Shown here: positions 17,233-25,471 of the stretch, one piece after another
Position numbering within the stretch: the stretch's first letter is position 1
How the letters are laid out: each line of letters starts with the position of its first letter
Source of the DNA: Saccharolobus solfataricus
GTDB lineage: Archaea > Thermoproteota > Thermoprotei_A > Sulfolobales > Sulfolobaceae
Direction: 5' to 3'
Length of the DNA stretch: 32,000 nt
Assembly (NCBI RefSeq): GCF_900079115.1
Contig: NZ_LT549890.1
Coordinates: 2,940,001-2,972,000 of the forward strand
Made by a program: the position numbers and the translations under genes
Notes under the pieces: model-generated
What the model saw: the letters and a program-made list of their open reading frames with translations, nothing else
Told to the model about the DNA's origin: nothing
Databases searched by the model: none

Positions 17233-17838
17233 ATGCCAATATACATTTACTGCATAGATAAAGATAAGTTGATTTACTGCAACAATACTGGAGAACTTTA
17301 TTATGTGTTTGAGTATACGAGGAATAATGAGTTATTACTATCTAAATGCCGAAACAGTAAATGCGAACAAGTAGACGATGTAATCTCAGAATTAGGAAAA
17401 TATCGTTTTGCCAATGAGATAGATAATTTCGATGAGATAATGGGTAAGATAGACGAAATAACTTCATTTCTTACGAAACATAATCTAAAGATATATTTTA
17501 TTGGCGATAGTTCAGTCTTAGAGGCCATATACACACCATTACTATTTTATTATAAATATTTTGGATTAAAGGAAGCCAAGGATAAGGTAAATTATGTAAA
17601 ATCATGGCTTGATAAGCTTATTTTAGCTAGAAGAGTTCTAGATAAAATAGGAATAATGGAATTCAAATCCCATATGGATACCTTAGATGGAAGATATGCT
17701 ATTTGGTTGAATACTGAAGACGAGTCTACATCTTTTATCTCAAGTGAAGGGGATTTGGTTAAATGCTGGATTTCATATAATGACTGCGATCTACTTATCG
17801 AGAGAAAAGGAAAGAGGATTTGCATTAAGAGTAATTAG
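17233..17838 (+). CDS. Hypothetical protein with a possible N-terminal 4-Cys cluster
   Basis: 201 aa from the ATG at 17233. Cysteines at positions 7, 16, 39 and 44 (C-x8-C-x22-C-x4-C). No family recognised. Confidence 0.45.
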   Translation: MPIYIYCIDKDKLIYCNNTGELYYVFEYTRNNELLLSKCRNSKCEQVDDVISELGKYRFANEIDNFDEIMGKIDEITSFLTKHNLKIYFIGDSSVLEAIYTPLLFYYKYFGLKEAKDKVNYVKSWLDKLILARRVLDKIGIMEFKSHMDTLDGRYAIWLNTEDESTSFISSEGDLVKCWISYNDCDLLIERKGKRICIKSN

Positions 17839-18817
17839 ACTCTTTCCTCATTTTCTCAATCCCAATTTCTATTAACCTTCTAATTGCGCTATAGGCGTCG
17901 TTTATCGTTTCGTAACCATTTATCGTAAACACCCTACTACCTTTAACTTTCCCAATACTAACGATATCTTCACCTTTAATCAACTTTAGATCAAAATCCC
18001 CATTAAAGTAGCCGAAATTTATCCTTAGATTAATATCAGATACCATATCATTAATAGAATCTATAATATTCCTTATGATAGTAAACCTTTCCATGAGAGT
18101 TCCTACGCTATTTATCGTTAGCAACAGATAATAATCATCAGCTCCTTCCATTCTACTCTCGTCGTAATTAATTATATAATCAACTATTTTATTTATTCCA
18201 GTTTCAATATTATCGACAGTATCAAATTTTAACTTATCGATATAATATATCCTATCATAAAAAAGGATAGCTACTTGCTCGGCGTCACTATCATCTTCAA
18301 CATTAGCAAAGGCGTAAATTTTCTTACTTTCCATTAACGAGACTACCACACTTAATATTACTGTCTTATCATTACTCTTTATCAAATATTGGACTTGATC
18401 TTCAATTTTATTCCTACCCAATACTGGATAATTTTCTTCAATAATCTTATTTACAACAGAAAATATCTCAGATCTAACGTAAAGAAATCTATTTGAAGTA
18501 ACCTCAATAGATCTCTCCTTGACAAACTTTGAAATCGAAAATAGGCAATACTTTACGGATTCCTTATAATCATTAAACTTATACAGACCTTGATTAATGG
18601 AATCATGAACTTCATTTAAATCGAAGATTTCACATAGTTTTACCTCTCCATAATAGAAAGTAGTATTACTAATTACAGAACTAATATAGCCCTTGATTTC
18701 AATAAGAGAATCGTCTAACGATACCAAGAGAACATCTCCCATGTCGCTGATTACAGTATCTTTTATTGCCTCTTGAAAAGTTTCATATAACGATCTCGGA
18801 ATCTCAGCTCTTATCAT
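17825..18817 (-). CDS. Hypothetical protein, 330 aa, no recognisable motif
   Basis: A long uninterrupted ORF 28 nt downstream of the Nudix gene on the same strand, so probably co-transcribed. It is an acidic, soluble-looking protein. Confidence 0.55.
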   Translation of the reverse strand: MIRAEIPRSLYETFQEAIKDTVISDMGDVLLVSLDDSLIEIKGYISSVISNTTFYYGEVKLCEIFDLNEVHDSINQGLYKFNDYKESVKYCLFSISKFVKERSIEVTSNRFLYVRSEIFSVVNKIIEENYPVLGRNKIEDQVQYLIKSNDKTVILSVVVSLMESKKIYAFANVEDDSDAEQVAILFYDRIYYIDKLKFDTVDNIETGINKIVDYIINYDESRMEGADDYYLLLTINSVGTLMERFTIIRNIIDSINDMVSDINLRINFGYFNGDFDLKLIKGEDIVSIGKVKGSRVFTINGYETINDAYSAIRRLIEIGIEKMRKESNYS

Positions 18818-18845
18818 TCAATTACCAGTAATTATATATAAAAAT

Positions 18846-19325
18846 TTAAATTTTAAGTTCAGCTATTTCAAACAATTTAGAAAGTATCCTATATGTCATC
18901 CCCCAAATTCTATATTGTTTATAATAGAACGCGTTATCACCCCTTACAAGTTCACTCTCATGAACCCAAAATACCTTATCTACCTCAACCGGATTTGGCC
19001 TTGGTTCTATCAGTTCATCAAGTAATGCAATATATGCCCTAACTTTTATTTTAATATTATTAGGCGAAAATACCCCTAAACTAGACCTTATATTTGGCCT
19101 GATTCCAACTTCCTCCTCACACTCTCTAATAGCTGCTTGAAAAGCGGTCTCGTTATTTTCTCTATGACCACCTGGCAAAGCCATTTGACCGGACCATGGA
19201 TCCTTTGGATTGCTTACTCTCTTTATCAATAGGATGTACTGACCTTTAGCTATTAATACTACAACTGCGGCGTCGCTCTCGTTATCATCAGTCAGTGGTA
19301 GCTGAAGAAGTTTACTAATATTCAT
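18846..19325 (-). CDS. Nudix hydrolase, CoA pyrophosphatase-like
   Basis: The Nudix box is GGHRENNETAFQAAIRECEEEVGI. An upstream LLIKRVSNPKDPWSGQMALPGG resembles the NuCoA motif LLTxR(S/A)x3Rx3Gx3FPGG. A downstream IWGMTYRIL segment is also present. Confidence 0.8.
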   Translation of the reverse strand: MNISKLLQLPLTDDNESDAAVVVLIAKGQYILLIKRVSNPKDPWSGQMALPGGHRENNETAFQAAIRECEEEVGIRPNIRSSLGVFSPNNIKIKVRAYIALLDELIEPRPNPVEVDKVFWVHESELVRGDNAFYYKQYRIWGMTYRILSKLFEIAELKI

Positions 19326-19434
19326 AATTAGAACTCGAAATAGTCTCCAATTAATTTTTATGCAGTACCACGTGCACCATTAATCCAAAGTACAAAAAAC
19401 CTTTTAAGGATATATAGGAATAAAGAAGTATTCC

Positions 19435-19638
19435 ATGGCTAGAAGAACTTGTCCTAAATGTAGTAAGGTTGTTGAAATTTTAGTAGAGCATGTTAAAAAT
19501 AAGGTTGTGAAAAAATGTCCAAATTGTGGTTATATATTTATAGAGTACGAAATCAACTCTAATTCATCTGAACTTTCATCTCTCTCTCCATCTACTAAAT
19601 CTAACGGAGAGGTAAAAGAACAATATAGATTCGAATAA
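19435..19638 (+). CDS. Small zinc-ribbon protein
   Basis: 67 aa with CPKC...CPNC. TATA-like ccttttaagg lies about 30 nt upstream. The low-complexity tail overlaps the 3' end of the convergent permease gene by 63 nt. Confidence 0.45.
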   Translation: MARRTCPKCSKVVEILVEHVKNKVVKKCPNCGYIFIEYEINSNSSELSSLSPSTKSNGEVKEQYRFE

Positions 19639-20325
19639 CAGAACTAGAAACGATAAGAGTAACATTTCTATACTCGTACTAACCAAATTTGTAATCCCTT
19701 GTGAGAATATTGCAGAAGCAGTTGTCGGTAATATGAGCAGGGGTATGTAAAGGGACTTAGGTATTAATGTGTAAGGATAGAATACCGGTGGTATTATAGT
19801 TAAAATGCTAGATAAGAGACCAGCAAGACCCCAACCATATCTGGTATGAGGGACTAAACTAGCTAAGAAAAAGCCTATGGAGGATGTCGCAAATAAGAGT
19901 AGAGTAATGTCAATTAATAATGGTATGAAGTTGCTTAATGTCAAGACGTGGTACAATATCGCAAGTATAATATACAATATGAGTCCAGGTGAGGAGTATA
20001 GTAGATTGGCAAGGATTAATCCAATTATGTAGTCAGAAGGCCCTATACTGGTTGCGACTAACAAATCTTGAAGTCTACTTTCAAGTCTTAAAAATACTAA
20101 ATCACCAATTAAGGAAAATCCATTATTTGCCATGACGCTAATTAATCCTCCAACAATAGCGAATTTAACGAAATCTCCTCTCGTGATAATATATATTAGG
20201 AATAATTCAGCTAAAGGTATACTAAGATAGGTTAGTATATATACAAAGCCTCTCTTTATTGAGGACAATCCGTAAAATATTGTAAAAGCTAGCAGAAAAC
20301 TACTCTTCAAGACTCTCACCACCAT
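19576..20325 (-). CDS. ABC-2 type transporter permease
   Basis: 249 aa and about 6 TM. It overlaps the upstream ATPase gene by 26 nt, a typical ABC-2 exporter pair arrangement. Confidence 0.75.
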   Translation of the reverse strand: MVVRVLKSSFLLAFTIFYGLSSIKRGFVYILTYLSIPLAELFLIYIITRGDFVKFAIVGGLISVMANNGFSLIGDLVFLRLESRLQDLLVATSIGPSDYIIGLILANLLYSSPGLILYIILAILYHVLTLSNFIPLLIDITLLLFATSSIGFFLASLVPHTRYGWGLAGLLSSILTIIPPVFYPYTLIPKSLYIPLLILPTTASAIFSQGITNLVSTSIEMLLLSFLVLLFESILFFYLSVRFSRWRER

Positions 20326-21127
20326 AAATTATGAATAAATCCTCTAGTGTAATTGGTTTGATAACATATTTCCCCACGTAATCTGATGCCTCATTCCTAT
20401 CCACATAACTAATCCTCAGTCTTCCTATCTTATATTCACCAATACCCTCTATTCTAACCTTATTATCGAATTTAGTCAAGAGCTCTTTTATGCTTCCTTT
20501 AGCTATGAGCTTACCCTTATGCAAAAGGATTACCTCATCTGAAAGCTCTTCAGCCTCTTCCATATAATGTGTAGTTAACAAAATCTTACTCTTTATACTC
20601 TTTAACACGGACCAGACTTCTAACCTAGAATATGGATCTAAGCCTGTGGTAGGTTCGTCTAATAGTACCAACTCGGCATTTGATGCTAAAGCCATAGCCA
20701 CAAAAATCTTCCTCTTCATTCCACCTGAAAGCTCATCACTCGGTTTATCCCTTACTTCCCATAGGCCAACTTCTTTGAGAGCGCTTCTGGATATTTCAGT
20801 AGCTTCTTTGAACGATAGCCCTCTAGCTGTTAAGTACATGATTAAATGTTCCATGGGACTAGCTATACCTATTGATTTGGCCTCTTGAGGTATTGAAGCT
20901 ATTATTTTCCTAACCTTCCTGGCGTCCTTTACTACATCATATCCTTCAACTCTGGCAATTCCGCTAGTTGGTAATAATTGTGTTGAAAGAATTCTAGTGA
21001 GCGTTGTCTTACCAGCTCCGTTTCTACCTAAAAGCGTAACTACTCTAGTATTTGCGCTAAACGTTAAATTATCCAATGCTACAGTCCCATCTCTATAAAT
21101 CTTAGTAAGGTTAATAGTTTCAAGCAC
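20300..21127 (-). CDS. ABC transporter ATP-binding protein
   Basis: Walker A is GRNGAGKTT, the ABC signature is LSGGMKRK, and Walker B is [15 protein letters not shown] start. Confidence 0.9.
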   Translation of the reverse strand: MLETINLTKIYRDGTVALDNLTFSANTRVVTLLGRNGAGKTTLTRILSTQLLPTSGIARVEGYDVVKDARKVRKIIASIPQEAKSIGIASPMEHLIMYLTARGLSFKEATEISRSALKEVGLWEVRDKPSDELSGGMKRKIFVAMALASNAELVLLDEPTTGLDPYSRLEVWSVLKSIKSKILLTTHYMEEAEELSDEVILLHKGKLIAKGSIKELLTKFDNKVRIEGIGEYKIGRLRISYVDRNEASDYVGKYVIKPITLEDLFIIYGGESLEE

Positions 21128-21139
21128 AAATCTATATTA

Positions 21140-21514
21140 ATGAATGCTTGCTTTAAGTATATAGGTTTTATAAAGAGAAACGACAATTCGACATCTAGAA
21201 ATGCGATAATTGAAATCCATGTAAATAAAGAGTATGAAGAAGGTTTAAAAGGATTAGAGGAGTTCTCTCACATTATAGTTATATACCATTTACATTTAGC
21301 TAGCTTTGATGGAAGACTACTTAGAGAAAAAAAGGGAGTTACTGTGGGGATTTTTGCAACCAGATCACAATTTAGACCAAATCCCATAGGTATATCTGTA
21401 GCTGAACTCATTGAAATTAAAGGTAATATAGTACTAGCTAAAGGTATAAACGCGTTTAACAACACTCCAGTTCTAGATATAAAGCCGTTATCAGCAGTTT
21501 CAGATAAACCGTAA
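21140..21514 (+). CDS. trmO: TrmO/TsaA-like (UPF0066) tRNA methyltransferase domain protein, 3' end replaced by IS sequence
   Basis: Motifs are FATRSQFRPNPIGIS and NTPVLDIKP. The last 8 codons plus the stop (LSAVSDKP) are read from the left end of IS copy B. The authentic C-terminus lies at 23385-23445. Confidence 0.8.
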   Translation: MNACFKYIGFIKRNDNSTSRNAIIEIHVNKEYEEGLKGLEEFSHIIVIYHLHLASFDGRLLREKKGVTVGIFATRSQFRPNPIGISVAELIEIKGNIVLAKGINAFNNTPVLDIKPLSAVSDKP

Positions 21515-21547
21515 AGTTTATATTATTTTGCCACAAACTCTTATACA

Positions 21548-22126
21548 ATGCTAAGACCTAAGGAAGCATGCCAAAGACTAGGAATATCCTATGCAACACT
21601 TAGAGAATACGTTAAGAAAGGATACATAAAACCAGTTATACTACAGAGCGGAAAATGGAGGTTCAGAGAAGAGGACGTAGAGAGGCTAATGGGAATTATT
21701 AGAAAGAGAAAAGTGATATTATACGCTAGAGTATCATCTTCCACACAAAAAGACGAACTAGTAAACCAAGTGAAGTATCTAGAGGAACAAGTCAAAGAAT
21801 ACGACCTCGTAATTACTGACATAGGTTCAGGGTTAAACATGAAGAGAAAGGGGTTCTTGAAGTTGTTGAGAATGATACTGAACAACGAAGTATCACGCGT
21901 AGTTGTTGCTTACCCAGATAGGCTAGTCAGATTCGGTTTCGAAATCCTGGAGGAGACTTGTAAAGCACACAACTGTGAAATAGTAGTACTAAACCAAGAG
22001 GACAAAGAGGAAGAACTAGTTGAAGACCTAATGTCAGTACTAGTCTCGTTCAGCGGGAAACTGTATGGTATGAGGAGTCATGAATACGAGAAGGTGAAGA
22101 AATGTGCTGAAGAACTTAAGAATTAG
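21548..22126 (+). CDS. tnpA: IS607-type serine recombinase/transposase with MerR-like HTH, copy B
   Basis: 192 aa, differing from copy A by 4 substitutions. It has the same HTH and the same YARVSSSTQ catalytic motif. Confidence 0.9.
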   Translation: MLRPKEACQRLGISYATLREYVKKGYIKPVILQSGKWRFREEDVERLMGIIRKRKVILYARVSSSTQKDELVNQVKYLEEQVKEYDLVITDIGSGLNMKRKGFLKLLRMILNNEVSRVVVAYPDRLVRFGFEILEETCKAHNCEIVVLNQEDKEEELVEDLMSVLVSFSGKLYGMRSHEYEKVKKCAEELKN

Positions 22127-23372
22127 AAAATTTGAACCGGAAGAGGAATACGTGCACTTCACGTACTCCATCAAGAATAGTGAGAGGGAGAAGAGCAAAG
22201 AGTTAATTAAAGAATACAGAACACTACTACAGAAAGCAATTGACTACCTGTGGAATTTAACGAAAATACAAGTAAGAAAAAAGAACGGTAGTTACAAGAT
22301 AACACTACCGAAGAAGAAGGAAGTATACAAACCACTTAGGGAAGAGTTGGAGAAGATCAACCACCTCGCGTCACACTACGTCGATAAGGCAATTAATGAC
22401 GCATTCTCGATCTTGAAGTCGTGGAGGAAAAGGGCCATAAAGGGGAGAGCTTCGATTGAAAAACCTACGTTAAAGAAGGCTTACGTTAGGATAAAGACGA
22501 CTCTGAGGAAGGTTGTGGGGGAAAGCGTTAGAATAACGGTAAGACCTTATGAGTACATCACCTTCTCGTGGAGTAAGTCATGGTTCTCAAGAAGGGTTAG
22601 GGAGTTGGAACTCGGCGAACCTATAATTAAGGAGGAGAAGGTTTACCTACCATTTCGTTACAAGTTACCGTGGGTAACACCAGTGAACTTTCTAGCTATT
22701 GACTCCAACCTTTATACTCTAGATGCTTATGATGGTGAGAAATTCGTTACAATCTCCCTAAAGCAGTTGTACTCCCTTAAGTACTCCATGGAGGTGAAGA
22801 GGGCTAAGGTGCAATCATTTGCATCAAAGCACACGAAGAGGGGGAGAGAGTTGATGAGGAAGTATTCGCATAGGGAGAGGAATCGCGTTCTAGATTTTGT
22901 TCACAAGTTTGTTAACACTTTGTTGGACTTGTACCCCATGACGTTTTTCGCTGTGGAAAAGCTTAACAAAGAGAGTATGTTTAAGGATGCTAATGGCTCT
23001 CTTTCGAGGAAGATTTCTAGGACTGTTTGGAGGAGTATACACAGAGTGTTGAAGTATAAGGCTCCGCTTTACGGTTCTTTCGTTAAGGAAGTGAACCCAC
23101 ACCTCACCTCGAGGTCTTGCCCCAGATGTGGGTTTGTATCCCGAAAGGTTGGTAAGACCTTTGAGTGTGAGAGGTGTGGGTTCAAGTTGGATAGACAACT
23201 GAACGCGTCATTGAATATTTATCTCAAGATGTGCGGTTTTCCTCACATCCGTGATATTCCGCGGGTGTGGGTTGGGGTTATTCCGCTAATGGGGCGGAGA
23301 GGGATGAACGTCCGCGACTTTGGTGAAGCCCAAGGGCTGAGGATTGATATCAAATATCATGAAATCCTATGA
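22104..23372 (+). CDS. tnpB: TnpB (OrfB) RNA-guided nuclease, copy B
   Basis: 422 aa. The same RuvC D/E/D and CxxC...CxxC motifs as copy A are intact. It differs from copy A by about 20 substitutions and two small indels. Confidence 0.9.
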   Translation: MLKNLRIRKFEPEEEYVHFTYSIKNSEREKSKELIKEYRTLLQKAIDYLWNLTKIQVRKKNGSYKITLPKKKEVYKPLREELEKINHLASHYVDKAINDAFSILKSWRKRAIKGRASIEKPTLKKAYVRIKTTLRKVVGESVRITVRPYEYITFSWSKSWFSRRVRELELGEPIIKEEKVYLPFRYKLPWVTPVNFLAIDSNLYTLDAYDGEKFVTISLKQLYSLKYSMEVKRAKVQSFASKHTKRGRELMRKYSHRERNRVLDFVHKFVNTLLDLYPMTFFAVEKLNKESMFKDANGSLSRKISRTVWRSIHRVLKYKAPLYGSFVKEVNPHLTSRSCPRCGFVSRKVGKTFECERCGFKLDRQLNASLNIYLKMCGFPHIRDIPRVWVGVIPLMGRRGMNVRDFGEAQGLRIDIKYHEIL

Positions 23373-23400
23373 AGCCCAAACCCCTTACGATAAATGGGAT
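23200..23400 (+). ncRNA. Predicted omega RNA of copy B (scaffold to the RE at 23384 plus flank-derived guide 23385-23400)
   Basis: A GC-rich segment in an AT-rich genome. Hairpins lie at 23228-23249 (gatgtg/cacatc) and 23340-23368 (aggat-tgatat / atatca-atcct). The direct repeat tgaagcccaa occurs at 23324-23333 and 23370-23379. The position matches the TnpB family rule. The 5' limit is a guess. Confidence 0.45.
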
Positions 23401-23445
23401 AGGGCAGAAGAAATTAGGGTTCCCGCTTGGCATGATGTTATATGA
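23385..23445 (+). pseudogene. trmO: Displaced 3' end of the trmO-like gene (YDKWDRAEEIRVPAWHDVI-stop)
   Basis: It is in frame with 21140-21486 once the IS is removed, and it restores the conserved LDIKPY motif. Confidence 0.75.
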
Positions 23446-23498
23446 TATTTCCTTTTTTAGAGAAAAAATAAATAGTCTAATACACTTACTATAATATT

Positions 23499-23894
23499 AT
23501 GTATGTAGCCGATTTGATTACCAGAAACCCGCTTACAGTCAAGCCCGAAACAAGTATAAGAGATGCTACTAAGATTATGAAAAGGGAAAATCTAGGTTCT
23601 CTTATAATAGTAGATGAGACAAATAAGCCAATTGGGATAGTTACTGAAAGGGATATTTTAAGGGCAGTAGCAGATGAAGTAGCATTAGATTCTCCCGTTT
23701 CTACAATCATGACAAGAGGTTTGATAACCATTCCTCCAAATAAGGATGTTACAGAGGCATTAATTATCATGTATCAAAATAACGTTAGACATCTAGCAGT
23801 AGTTGGACAAAGCGGGGAATTAGTCGGAGTAATATCTATTAGAGATGCTGCCAAGGCAGTAAATCTTTTGGCACTTGATCTATCAATATGGTGA
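23499..23894 (+). CDS. CBS domain pair protein
   Basis: 131 aa with two CBS repeats (..LITRNPLTVKPETSIRDA..GSLIIVDE..GIVTERDILRA and ..MTRGLITIPPN..HLAVVGQSGELVGVISIRD). Confidence 0.85.
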   Translation: MYVADLITRNPLTVKPETSIRDATKIMKRENLGSLIIVDETNKPIGIVTERDILRAVADEVALDSPVSTIMTRGLITIPPNKDVTEALIIMYQNNVRHLAVVGQSGELVGVISIRDAAKAVNLLALDLSIW

Positions 23895-24027
23895 GTTACC
23901 TTATCTAAGTAAATTGTTAAAACTATAATGAATTAAATATTGACAACAATCTAATTCCACACTATAAATATTTTTTAATACGAATTTAGTAGATGAGTTT
24001 AAATGGGATAGTCCGGAAAAAGATGAG

Positions 24028-25431
24028 ATGAAAAATAAATTTATAATGTATATTATTTTATTCTTACTCTTGATATCATTATCTATTAGTACTATTGGTA
24101 ATATTAATATACAAAAAGAACAAGTCATTATTCAACAATATTCGACATACCTAATACAAAATGGGGAATCTCTAAATTACACCGTGATAAGTGGAGTTGA
24201 AGATAAGATAATCTATAATAACGCGTCACAAGTGGTAATTAAATACAATGAAACAACATATCTACTTAAACCTTTGGGTTTAACGTACTATAACAACTCA
24301 ATAGTAAATGTTACGATGGATGGAGATAAATTAAAAATATATAGCGGTATTCCGCAATTAGTTAAGGCTATACTTTATACTTCAGATATGCAAGAAGTAG
24401 TATGGGCAGGGTATCTTTCAAAACCAGCACTTATTTCGACTTACGCTTATGTAAACGGAAGTGGAACCTTGGAATTGCAATACCTTAATGGTTCTTCGAT
24501 ATATAGTATAAATATTTCAATTGGCAGCAGTCAAAAAATCTCCGTTTTCCTAATTAGTTTAAACTATACAATGTTCATACCAAGATCATATGGTAATATA
24601 TCAATTTCAACCGAGTTGCCTACACCATATAAATCGTTTGAAAACATTAGTTCCTTCTACATCTCAATGTCATCCTTTTATAATAATACCTTACTACCCT
24701 CAATTATTTGGAAATCTAATAATATTACAGCAGTTGAGTTCTTCGGAATTAACGGAAAAATTGTAGGATTCGTAGAGGTAAATAATACAACCCTATTAAT
24801 CTTGAGGGATCTAAATGCAGAATATTATACACCTAGATACGTAATTATCACAACAATCAATAATAGGACAATATTGTTGGGAATTGGGAATAATAGTGTG
24901 GAAAGCACTGATAATATTACGTTTTCATATTTTATTAGTTCTAATAGACAAGAGGGATTATTATTTAGTGTTGAAAATAACCCAAGCGTATTCTTAGCTT
25001 TCAATAATGGTAGTGTTTATGACATCGAAATTTCATATCCAAAAAATATATCTGTTTCAAACATCACAATTCAAAACACAGTATTCTTAGCAGAAAAAAT
25101 AGCTATTTCCCTTAACTCATCATTTTCACTAATTCCGATAACCCTTAAATACAATGGCACATTTTTAATATTAAAAGAATTACCTAATGGTTCAATATTA
25201 TTTGTAAATGAAACGGACTATTTCATGCACGACAATACCTTGTACCTTATAGCTTTTGAACCAGCTAAAGCGTATTATATCGTATATTCTAATCATCCAT
25301 TACTAACTATAACACAGACTAAACAAGCTCCAATACCTTATGGAGCTAATAATCTCGTTTTAATCTCTGGAATAGTTATAATCTTGTTAGTGATTGCATC
25401 AATATTTACAATAAGGAAAAGAAGGTCGTAA
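24028..25431 (+). CDS. Membrane-anchored extracellular glycoprotein, unknown function
   Basis: 467 aa. It has an N-terminal hydrophobic signal/anchor, a C-terminal TM followed by the basic stop-transfer RKRRS, about two dozen N-x-S/T sequons, and a beta-rich composition. Confidence 0.7.
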   Translation: MKNKFIMYIILFLLLISLSISTIGNINIQKEQVIIQQYSTYLIQNGESLNYTVISGVEDKIIYNNASQVVIKYNETTYLLKPLGLTYYNNSIVNVTMDGDKLKIYSGIPQLVKAILYTSDMQEVVWAGYLSKPALISTYAYVNGSGTLELQYLNGSSIYSINISIGSSQKISVFLISLNYTMFIPRSYGNISISTELPTPYKSFENISSFYISMSSFYNNTLLPSIIWKSNNITAVEFFGINGKIVGFVEVNNTTLLILRDLNAEYYTPRYVIITTINNRTILLGIGNNSVESTDNITFSYFISSNRQEGLLFSVENNPSVFLAFNNGSVYDIEISYPKNISVSNITIQNTVFLAEKIAISLNSSFSLIPITLKYNGTFLILKELPNGSILFVNETDYFMHDNTLYLIAFEPAKAYYIVYSNHPLLTITQTKQAPIPYGANNLVLISGIVIILLVIASIFTIRKRRS

Positions 25432-25471
25432 TAGATAAAATATATAAGACGTACTTCGTTAAGTGTAAATA

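Larger units (their letters stand above)
21487..23384 (+). mobile_element. IS607-family element, copy B (1898 bp; ISC1904/ISC1913-like)
   Basis: Removing 21487-23384 rejoins aag-cc|t-tac into an uninterrupted trmO-like frame (..LDIKPYDKWD..). A CC dinucleotide is present at both junctions (21485-86 and 23383-84). Confidence 0.9.

Noticed and set aside
17178-17246. N-terminal extensions of three ORF-track entries (16098-17246, 17212-17838, 27003-27329)
   Set aside because: The extensions are AT-rich, hydrophobic or low-complexity, and overlap neighbouring promoter regions. Internal ATGs at 17177, 17233 and 27069 give sensible N-termini.
10236-21486. The idea that the block between the two IS607 copies has already been inverted, or is a composite transposon with cargo
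   Set aside because: The two halves of the trmO-like gene flank copy B in collinear order, so the present orientation is the one in which copy B inserted. The enclosed genes are core metabolism with host-like composition.
21495-21495. An initial IS left boundary at cagtttcag (21495 / 10227), based only on where the two copies become identical
   Set aside because: Joining at that point gives a non-TrmO-like read-through tail. The boundary at 21487 restores the conserved LDIKPY motif and explains the shared gtt plus 5-nt variable patch as internal IS sequence.
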